From Ascidiella aspersa (taxonomy: Eukaryota), in contig OZ004608.1 in NCBI GenBank assembly GCA_963924565.1, positions 5,332,001-5,396,000 of the forward strand: 64,000 nt of DNA, read 5' to 3'. The notes beneath the pieces were generated by a model that saw nothing but the letters and a program-made list of their open reading frames with translations, searched no databases and was not told the origin of the DNA. Below are positions 50,501-60,671 of the stretch, in pieces. Numbering within the stretch: position 1 is the first letter of the stretch; each line of letters starts with the position of its first letter. Position numbers and translations under genes: made by a program.

Positions 50501-53500
50501 ATGAGCACAAAATTACCGGTGGTCACTGACGTAGCCAGGATGCGGCCTTCGTTGAGATTCTGTTAAGAGGGCGAATTTTATTGTTATAAAAAGACGCGGA
50601 ATCAACTTTATATAACAGTAGACAAATATTACACAATGAGATACGGCCTTTATTGAATGTTATGATTTTATCCGTCTCAATTCACTTAAGCTAACCCTGT
50701 AAAAACACTAACTTGTTTATAGGTCACACTTTAACGAATAATATTGCAAATAGGTTAACGTTTGTAGAAATAACTTATCCACTTTGTATAAGGCGTCACC
50801 CAAATTATGCAACAGTAAAAAAAAAACTACGCCTGGATTTCTCTAATTTGAATTCTTTAAATTAGGTGGCATTGTTAAACGGCAAATTCTATTGAAATGC
50901 TGACTAGCCTTTGTAGAACCGTACTTTATCAGGTCGAAGTAAAAATGCAGTCTGCGTTCAAAAACATCCTCTTATATGCACGACTGTTTAGTTATGTAGC
51001 CCTTCTAAAATCGTGCCGACCAATTATAAAGGAGTAGTTTCCTTGGCAGTAAAAATATAACAAAAAATATACAACAAACAGACAATAGGTGATCACAGAA
51101 AAACATGTCATCCCCGTATTGCAATACATATAAAAACTATGTAGCTGTTCCCTTCTCGAAAAAAAATCCTGTAAACACCATACAAAACCGACGTTTTTTT
51201 TCCTGTCGAAAATTGAAAACAATAAATCACGAGTTACCGGCATTTCCGTAATCGCGCCAGTAGTGACGTCATACTTTGCGCAGTGACGTTCAGAACCGAG
51301 TCCTCCAATCTGAAAGAGGCTCGTCCAACCTGAAGTGTATAGTTAAATATGAATATGATTTTTTATTTATTATATAAAACCATTGTAAAGTAAAGAACGT
51401 TGTCTGTACTTTTTAAATCGGCTGAGTCTCATTGAAATACTGCAAAAAAACTTTCGCTTAATATTATCGGTTTCGAACAGGATAATAAGTTTTTTAAGTT
51501 TATTCTCCGTCTTACTATAACCTATAGAGTCTTTATATACATTATAAAGAACACTAAGAACAGTGGTTGCAGTGCAAAAAAGAAAAACGTAACTGTGATA
51601 AACAACAAAGTTCATAAACAGACTAAATTATAGTCCTTCTAATAATTTGGTGTATTTTTAGCACGTGCTATTTCCAGCTGTATTTCACATCGGATAGTTG
51701 AATTGTTCTGAGTGCTTTTTGTAGTTTTATCCACAAGGAGTTGGAAGAACGAAAAGGAAAATAACAAGAACTAACCTTCTGGGGAAGATGGAGTGATCGG
51801 TCTGACCATCTCCCACTCTGGTGATAAAACAACTTCATTGAAGGAAACAATTTTATCCAAAAAATCGTTGAAAGATTTTATCTAAACGACCGTATTACCA
51901 AGAGCCGAATAATCAGATCTTCGAACCTATAGGGCCAGCGAAACTTTTTTGAGGACCATTTTATTGAAAAGTACTTGTACGTGTACGGCTTAAATGCAAA
52001 TATATGCATAACCGCCCAATTGATGCTGAATAAAACTTCTTCCTTAAGTGTACTGTTTCTTTTATTATACGCCAAAAGTGCTTTTAGCTATTTACTACTA
52101 CAGCTTATATTATTTTTTTATCATTCAGCAAAGTTGAATAATAAATAATTTGGCATTAATATAGCGGCTCAAAAGCTTACACTTTTAAAGGGTTTAAAAT
52201 CTCGACTTATTAATCAATATATTATTTTGAAAAGCGAGCAATCGAGTTTGAATATCGGTCAAAGGAGTACGCGGGATAAAAAAGGTTGAGACTGGGTTAT
52301 CGGTGCCGGAATCAAATAAAAGTAGCGGACATCGTTAGACTTGACTGACCAGGTGCTGAAGGTGGGGAAGCTGGTGAAGGTGTCGTTTCTGGAGTTCCTG
52401 TTCTTCTGCTGGTGCCGAAGTTCAGTTTCTGCCAAGCTGTAAAACAAGCAGCAAGTAGCGAGTAGCAATTTCGGACGCCGGTCTACAATCCTACCACGTT
52501 TTTCTTAGATATAGAGTAAAGAAACCAGTCGTCAAAATTGAAATACAAACTGAGAGAATAGATATAACAGCACTTCGCCAACCCGAACCCAAAAGTAAAT
52601 TTAATATATGACCAATTCGGAACCGTTAAAACTTGTAGTCATCCTCTGCATGGCTATGACCCCAGTTTTTGAGGTTATGGCGCGATGTAGCGTTAATAGG
52701 TATTTGTTTTAGGACACCACTGCTCAAACAACATTTATTCTTTATATGTGAAACTATCTTATGCCAGGGTTTTATAAAAGTGTTAATCATTAACTTGTGA
52801 GGTGAATGGCTGCTAATGCCTTGAGCTTTAAAATTTTATGCAGTTGTTTTACAGCGAAACACTCACCTCGCGATAATATAGAGTGTCTCCTGTTTGATTC
52901 GTCGACCGGGGTAGCTGTTGACACAAGTCGTAACATTTGGTTACCAAGTCATGTAGTTTATTGTAAGGTATACACTCAACCGCTGTTAAAGACAATATAA
53001 ATGTAAACAACTTGGCTTACCGAAAAAAGTGAAATTTCATTTAACGTTTTTGGAAGCAAATTACTTGTGGAGCCAATAACATTGCTTAAACTCAACTAAG
53101 GGATAAATCTAGAAGATTCGTTATTATTAAATTCAATTAAAATAAGAAAATTAATTTAACAATTCAAGACACCTTGTTTTTTTCAAAATGGTTATGATTC
53201 AACAATAAGTTGACGAACGATTCATGCAAAATTATAATTGACTGAAATCGAGCCTATTTAGTCCTATATACGACCATAGAAAAAAAACACTTACGTGGGC
53301 TCGGTGACCTTGGCTTTGCAGTGTCTTCCTGTGGAGCTAAATAGAAACAAATATTTCCCCGTGTAAAAAATTTGAGGCAACACTGTAGATTTTCAATAAA
53401 AATATTGCAAACTTTCTATTTTCAGACATTTTGAAAATGACTTATGGTATCATTAGTTTAAAAATGAATTTACGATGAATCGATAAAAACACACACACGA

Positions 53501-56500
53501 AAAACAGAGAGTAACTAGATAGGAGTATATAGCTGTAGAGAACTAAAACGATAACGTCCCACTTTTTTTTTTAAATCTGAATTAATCAGATTGAAACAAA
53601 TTGATCAGAATTTTAAAATGTTTTATGTTGATTTCACAAAATTGCTTTACGAATCGAAATTTTCTGTTGATATGCCACCTTGTTGAAAGAAACTCTACAT
53701 GTGGAAAACATTTATTTAGATAGCAAACCATGACCTAAAAGGTAAAATAATTTCGGCACCGATACCCGCCTAGTTTCAGACGAGTACCGATACTACCACC
53801 TGGCATCGGGTTTCGGCTCTGATCCGATATTATCGCCTATCGGTCATCCCCAAACTTTTATTTTAGTTTTACCGATTTCTTCCGGTTCATCGGGAACGGG
53901 AGGAAGTGACGCAAACATGAAGCTTACGGAGAACATTGAGAGGTTGGTCCGTTGGCCTGAAGCTTTTTGTACTCGCCTCAACAACCTGGACAGTTCTCGC
54001 TTCTCAACCTCCAAATCAGTGCGCCGCCCGTTGCCCGAGTTCTCCAGCTTTTTTGCCACTGGAAGCAAAACATGTTTTCAAATTTACTTGGACTTGTGTT
54101 TCGGTTGATTTAAGGGCCGTTGAAAGTAAAAAGTTTGTTTTCCAAATGTGTAACGTTGAACAGTTCGCTTTGAGTGGAAAATAATGCGAAAATGACTTAT
54201 CGATTTTCACAGATTTTAAAATTTTTTGACATTGAATACGGAAAAGTGTTATTTTATGTTCGTTGAATTTGACGAAATTTTATTATTAAACAAGTTGAAT
54301 TGTACATGTGATACTCTAAAAATGAATTAAACCTTAAAATATTAATTTATTTTTAAATCGAATTTAATTAGTCGTAAGTGACTTAACTTGAAACTTCGAA
54401 AAATGACTTCGTGCGCACCGATTACAGTGTGTAACAGACAAAACTATTTTGTTTGCTTCTGGGTTTGAAACAATTTCTCCGATCGCCTTTCAACAAAAAG
54501 CCTAAAATTCACAACTTCGCTTTTATGGTTGAGGAATGAAGTATAGTTAAAGTAGGATTTCTTTGAAATTCAAGATGTTGACTATCGAACAAAAAATATC
54601 ATGACCAATGGTGGGTTATGAATAACACGCATAAGTTTAAAATTCACACGCTTTTCTTTTTGAAATTTCGCTTTTTTGATTGTGTAGTTAAGTACTTTAA
54701 TTATGTGTTCTCTTGGAAATTCCAGTAAAGTGTCACCTCTCGATCGGACATTTCTTCTGACCAATGTAGGATTTATAAACACTACGCATAAGTTTAAAAT
54801 TCACACACTTTTCTTTTTGAAATTTCGCTTTTATGGTTAAGAAGTAGTGTAAAGTAATTTACGAGATCCCTTCGGAATTCCTAAAGATGTTGAATCTCCA
54901 ACAGAAATTTCTGCGGAACAATGTTTAGGTTTATACACAACAAGCGAGTACACCGAAAGCCATCGCAGACTCACCAAATCTGTCGATCAATGATACAAGC
55001 AAGGCAGGCTAGAAAAAATATCTAGCCTGCAGTGAGGTTCGAACTCACGATCTTCGGTCATACCGGGATCGTCGGTCCACCACCTGAGCAACACAGACTC
55101 AGAGAGAAGCGAGTCGAGAAATAACTATACATCAATGCTTGCTACTTCTGTTAGTACAAGCAACTTCATATTTAAGTGGATCTGCAGTACCATATCATTC
55201 AATAAAAGATCCACGCAAATATGTGTTTAACAAATGTTATCCCTTCTGAAGCTGCTTTTTGACCAACGATTACGGCTTCCGTATAATTAGTACACCGAAA
55301 GCCATCGCAGACTAATCAAATATGTCGAGAAATTATAGTACAAGCAACTTCACAAAAAAAAGTTGTTGAACACATGTATGTGTTTTTCTTTCATTGAATG
55401 ATCATATGGTACAGGTGACCAATGCTGGGTTTATAAATAGCACGCATTTACAATTTATCACCTTTGAGGGTGGTCGGTCTGGCTTTCGGGTCCTTGTTCC
55501 AGCACTTCTTCATTAACTCGGTCAGTAGGGTGAAAATCTTTCGGTCAGCCTCGTTGGTCAGGGCCGCCTTGACCTGCTTGACCTTGGCGGAGTCCGGTCG
55601 GGTTCCGGCTAGGATGAGTGTGCGAAGCACGTCTTTTCGGACGGTGGCGCCTTCGTAAACACGACCTCGGGTCACAAGCTCGTACAGAACCATGGCAAGG
55701 CTTGGGAAGGAAAGTTTGGAGTTAAGTGGCTTAAACCGGGGTTATGTCGAGTCGGTTTGAAACAGGGCTGCACAGTCGGTTAAAAAACAACCCAAAAAAT
55801 CTGTCGTCGGTCAAAAGAATGAACCCAAGTTCGACTCCAGCTAAAAAATTCAACCCAAGTCAAACTCCGGTGAAAAAAAGAACCCAAATACGTCTCCGGT
55901 CAAAAAAGATGAACCCCAAACCGACTCCAGGCAAAATAATGAACCCGAGTCCGAGTCCCGAGTCCCTAGTTCGACACTGGTCAATGTGAGTCCCGTGTCC
56001 AATTCCAACTCTACAGCCTGTATTTAACCCGATTACGCAACTAAAGTAAGGTGGATATTCATTCGGCAATCACTCAAAGGTGTGCCATATATTTTGATGG
56101 TTGGCAAATATTCTGCCAATACCTATCCGTCTTTACGATTTACAGTTTTCGGTCTTATCAGTTTAAAAAATGTTATTGCACATGTGCACGTCGGACAGCA
56201 TATACACATTGCAGACAATCTTAGCCAATACTTGAACATTTAGACCTTCAAAGATCTTTTGTGTCCATAACCTACATTAACAATATATTATATTCAGTAA
56301 ATAATTCACTATAGGTATTGATATGGACATGTCTATACCTAACCGAGTGTTGCTCATCCAGCAGCATTATGTAATCACTCGACGTTTCGACGTCCTATAC
56401 AGAACGTCTTCATTAGGATACTGACATATCATGTAAAACAGATTCCTTATAATGATATGCCAGTATCCTGATGAAGACTTTCTGAATAGGACGTCGAAAC

Positions 56501-59500
56501 GTCGATTGATTATATATACTGCTGGATGAGCAACACTTGGTTATATATTATGCCTGGCAGCAATAGCTTATTTCATGTCTGTACATTTTACCCACCACAG
56601 TCTTCAACCAACCAACATACCTGTACATGTCAGCAAGTCGACTGATCTCTTTGCCTTCCAGTACCTCTGGTGCGGCGTAGCGGGCAGTGTGCTGACCAGT
56701 GGGCGCGATGTCCAGTGAGGTGGTGTCGCACTGGGACGCCCTGACGATGTTGACCGCCCCGAAGTCGGCCAACTTGACGTTCAAGTGTCGGTCGAGGAGG
56801 ATGTTTTCGGGCTTGATGTCGCCGTGGAAGAAGAACTTATTGTCCGAAAAGTTGTGAAGGTAGTAAAGAGCCGAGTTGACTTGACCGAACAGGTCCTGTC
56901 TAAAATTGTGCGATGTTTTGATTTATTCAATGAAACATGCACACAAATATGTGTGTTACTAACTGAGATCTAGCGCTTATGAAGCTGCTTTGTGACCAAC
57001 GATTACAGCTACTGCGTTTATTTACTGTTTGATTAATGCATCCAGAAGTAGATTTTTTAATCTGTTGCTTAAATAACAATAACAATATAAAGCAAAAAAA
57101 CACCTTTTCGACTGTAAAAAAGTAATTTCGTAAATGATATGAACAAACGGCCTGCCCAAGAACTTTGGTATCAGAGTTATAAAGTACCAACCAAGTCATT
57201 TGCAATAAATAAAATTCATTTTTTCAAGTTATTGTGTAACTCGAAATTTGGTCCGGGGCCAAAACTGATCCCCCGGTCGGATCAATTTTGGCGTTGGAAC
57301 AGCCGCTAAAACAGGTCCGGCTAGGCCAAAACTGGTCCGGCCTAATCCTAACCCTAGCCAGACCTGTTTTAGCGGCTATTCCAACGCCAACATCGATCCG
57401 ACCGGACCAGTTTTGGCGCTTGATTACGACCAAAATCGATCCGGCCGGACCGATTTTGGCCGGACCAATTTTGGCGTTACAATTGCCATAATAAGTCATT
57501 TTGATTCAAGTCCTTGGAAACAAAACTAAATGTTAAACTACTAAAATTAGCAAATTCACTCCAATCCTAGCAATTAATCGCATAGAAAACAGATAGATCA
57601 AGCGAAACAAAAGCAGAGTTGTACAATTAAAGTAAATTATGCATTATTTACCAATAATGTGTTCGATTAAAACAAAGACAAAGACAAGTCAACTAATTGC
57701 AAGACATTGACTTAAGCGCACTCATGCCAAGTCATAGTCATTACAACACTACAGGGTGGGCCAGAAGTAGGCTTACAGTTATTCCACAGCGTTGGCTTGG
57801 AAAAAGAGATAGCATTGAATGGCCGCCACGCTCAACTGATCTGACAACAATGGATTTCTATTTTGGGGGGTGTTGTAAAGAATAAAGTATATGAGAAGAA
57901 CCCCAAAACAATAAATTTACTTTTAGACCCAAAACCTACTTTTTATAACTGTAAGCCAGTGGTGTCCAACTCAAACATGCCGGCGTGCCACTTTTTATGC
58001 TATAACTTCTTCCCGTGCCAAAGTTTAGTAATATAATTCTTTCTAATAATAAAAGCGTTTTTTTACAAATAATAAAACTTAGCAGGCTGACTTTTGCTTT
58101 TTGTTTCTTCACACCAAACTTTATAGTTATGTGAATGCTAGCCTCCACTACAATATAATGTTATACTATTAGAAGTAATTGTTAGTTGTTGCCATTGCAG
58201 CGATTTACTGTATAAAAATTAGGCATTTTTTTACAGTTGGCTAAATAGCATTTAAGCAATTTAGGGACACTTGCGTGCCATTTTTTATTTGGTCGCGTGC
58301 CACATTTGGCACGCGTGCCGCTTGTTGGACACCCCTGCTGTAAGCCTACCTTTGGCCCACTCTGTATATCAGGTGCTAATTTCCTAACACGTGTCTTACC
58401 TGAGTTCCCAGCTCAATTCGTGCTGTGAGCTGATGAGTCCGTCCAGGCTTCCACACTCGACGTATTCCAGCACAATGGCCACTTTGTTGCCGTCCCAGTT
58501 GGAGAAGCCGTGGATTTTGACGATGTTCGGGTGCTCCATGCGAGCCAGTACCTCCGCCTCTCGTTTCACACTGCAAGGAGATGCGGTTTTGTGACGCAAA
58601 ATTTTCTGACGAGCCATTTCTTGGACTCAAAAGTATGGTTCACAAATTGAAGTGCCGTTTTTAATGCTTTAGGGTGCTCAGTTGTGTTTGAGTATCTTTA
58701 ATATGATTTTTGCTCGTTGTTAATCCCCTTGATACAGCTCTTTTTTGCACAGTTAAAGTGCAATAAACTAAATGATAATTTCCTAATATATGTAGAGAAT
58801 TGAATGTGTTGTTCCAGTCCCGTTTATAGTGACATTAACTGGGGACCAGTGGTTCTTAACCGAAGGGGGGCAACCAATTTTTAGGGGGTGCGAGCTGCAC
58901 TTTAATATCTAGCATTTTTAAATGATTTTATTGGTTACATATTGTGTTAAATCTGCTTTCATGTTGTCCTAAGCTTTACATCAAAATTACACATGTGTAG
59001 GCTATATACGTAACTGAAGAAAAAAAAAGCGAAATAATTTTCGACGTGCTATACAGAACGTCTTTATCAAGATACTGACGTTTCGGTGGATGCTGTAAGC
59101 CATACATACAATGTTGGTAACCACTGAACCATATCTAAATAGGTGTACCAGTAGAGGAATTTGTGCACATTAGTCAGGTACCTGACCTAACCCGCAATGT
59201 CACATTTTTTTTATAACATATACTTTTTATGATTATCTATAGTGGTATGGAGGGATGCTTTTAAGCAGCGGGAAAGAGCGAGGTTTGCAAGTAACTTGAA
59301 GAGCTTTGCAGGTAATTTAAAGCCCATGAAAGGCACTTTAGCACCTGTAAACTTCAAATATTGTCAACTCGGTCCAGTATTTCAACATAGATGTCATCTT
59401 ACCGAGTCTGAGTATTTTGGGCGGACTTGTTGAATAGCTACTGTGTGTCCGGTTAGCATTGCTCCTAAATTCAAAGAATCCTTGCGCCATAAGGTCTCAG

Positions 59501-60671
59501 GAAACACACGCTGTTAATATTTAACTATAAACTGGCTTCGCGAGGCCCAATAAAGAAAAGGTTCACAGTTTGAGATACTCGACTATACTTTGTGTTGGCA
59601 ACCTTTTCAAGAGTGAATTTGTGTTATTATACTAAAAGATAAAACGGTTATGTATAATAAAATTACAGTGCTTTAAACAGGGGTGGATCAGGCTGGGGTG
59701 CATGCCCCCCAAACTATAAATTTCGCCAACTATTGCCATGTAAATAGAACAGCTTGTTTCATTTCGATAATTGTGAACAAGTTCGCTCGAAAACAGCGGG
59801 TGTTTTACGATCAGTTTACATGACGTCACGTTATGACGTAATTTCATGACATCGTCTTTAAAAATTTTCATGGACCTCCCTCCCCCCAAAAAAATCCTGG
59901 ATCTGCCCACGGCTTTAAATCAATCTTCTTTGTAAATGGCCATATTTGTTTAATTCTAAATAGGGTAATCAGGTGGCACTATAAAAGACAAATTGTATTG
60001 TATTCTCAACAAACTTTTGCACAACCGTGCTTTATGAGATCAAAGTAGAAGACCTACTACTGACATTTTTCTAGAAAACCCACCACTTAAAATTTCTACT
60101 TTGACCTTATGAAGCACGGTTGTGCGAAAGCTAGTCGAGAATTCAATACAATTATAGTCGGTTTGATATTGCCACCTGATTACCCTATTTAGCCTTAAAT
60201 CAGACTTTCATCAAGAGAGTGGAAAATTGACTTACTCGTTAATGTGCTTTTCAATGTTTTCCTTCGTTCCTGTGATAGTGAAGCATTTCGCCACAACCTC
60301 GCCCTTTATCGGGTGGCGGCAAAACCGAACAGATGCGAAACCGCCACAGCCGAGGTAGTCAGTTTCGTCTGCACTCGTCAAAAGCTCAGTCGCACTTATG
60401 TCCTCGAGCTTGTTGGAGAACTTGATCTGTATAAAGAATAGGATTTTATTCGTACGATGAAATAAATGTTAAAGCAAAATCAAACTTTCCAATCCCACTG
60501 CTCAAATGGGTATAGTGACGTCATAGAGACATCGCGCGGCGTCGTGGCAGGCCCACAGCGTCCGCGATCGCTTCCTGTATTGCGCAACAAGTGGTGGGTA
60601 TTGCGCAAGATGCAGAGCCCGTAGGAAGCCAGGTTGGAATAAGGCTGCTGGCTTTCCGGAGTTGGCGACAT
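47559..60671 (-). CDS. RIP-kinase-like (TKL) non-RD Ser/Thr kinase fused to a C-terminal six-repeat Kelch beta-propeller, about 763 aa
   Basis: 16 phase-consistent exons: 60486-60671, 60236-60426, 58400-58570, 56621-56899, 55462-55700, 53873-54058, 53295-53336, 52867-52914, 52350-52436, 51776-51817, 51238-51329, 50370-50559, 49420-49563, 48663-48818, 48025-48157, 47559-47664 (TGA). Kinase motifs: LGCGGFASV, VAK, REAEVL, HPNIV, HGDIKPENILL, VKLADFG, YAAPE, DMYS, CW...RP. Kelch motifs: IGG..YD, FGG..W, SGG..YN..W, YSIGGWDG..W, ERYDPRTSKW, IYVVGG..VEVYDPRADKW. The first exon is the least certain. Confidence 0.9.
55021..55099 (-). mobile_element. tRNA-derived SINE head (Pol III A/B boxes) in a kinase-gene intron
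   Basis: The minus strand reads agtctgtgttgctcaggtggtgg...cgtgagttcgaacctcactgcaggcta, with an A box and a GTTCGAACC B box but a degenerate cloverleaf. It is flanked by duplicated tacaccgaaagccatcgcagact (about 54948 and 55291). Confidence 0.65.
55763..56020. repeat. MITE-like element with an internal ~30-bp minisatellite (aaaaatgaacccaagtccgactcc)
   Basis: About 6 degenerate units between cagggctgcacagt and actctacagcctg. This explains ORF 55744-55989. Confidence 0.6.
56340..56543. mobile_element. Long inverted repeat (~92-bp arms) made of two Penelope-type minimal hammerhead-ribozyme-like motifs
   Basis: Arms 56340-56432 and 56452-56543. Plus strand: CTGATGA (56468) - a - gac...gtc - GAAAC - GTC (56503). 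Minus strand: CTAATGA - a - gacgttct gtat aggacgtc - GAAAC - GTC. Confidence 0.65.
57235..57481. mobile_element. Palindromic MITE with ggacc/ggtcc subrepeats
   Basis: tgtaac...gttaca ends; repeated ccggacc.attttggc and aaaactggtccgg words. Confidence 0.65.
57752..58364 (+). mobile_element. Internally deleted Tc1/mariner-superfamily element
   Basis: TA-flanked TIRs cagggtgggccagaagtaggcttacag / ctgtaagcctacctttggcccactctg. Transposase remnant RWLGKRDSIEWPPRSTDLTTMDFYF matches the WPPRSPDL motif. Confidence 0.85.
57957..58337. mobile_element. hAT-type MITE nested in the right TIR of the mariner element
   Basis: TIRs cagtggtgtccaac / gttggacacccctg and a perfect 8-bp TSD ctgtaagc (57949-57956 and 58338-58345). 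Confidence 0.88.
59678..59912. mobile_element. MITE with CAGGGGYGGATC-type ends; related copy at about 61510-61905
   Basis: caggggtggatcagg...cctggatctgcccacg ends. The internal tgacgtcacgtt/gatgacatc segment recurs inverted at about 61550-61660 and 62760-62830. Confidence 0.55.
59959..60189. mobile_element. Palindromic MITE, same family as 41626-41799
   Basis: TIRs aatagggtaatcaggtggca / tgccacctgattaccctatt and inner gcacaaccgtgc / gcacggttgtgc. Confidence 0.75.

Noticed and set aside
55021-55099. Functional tRNA gene
   Set aside because: A and B boxes are present, but the stems are degenerate and the context is a duplicated repeat. Called a SINE head instead.
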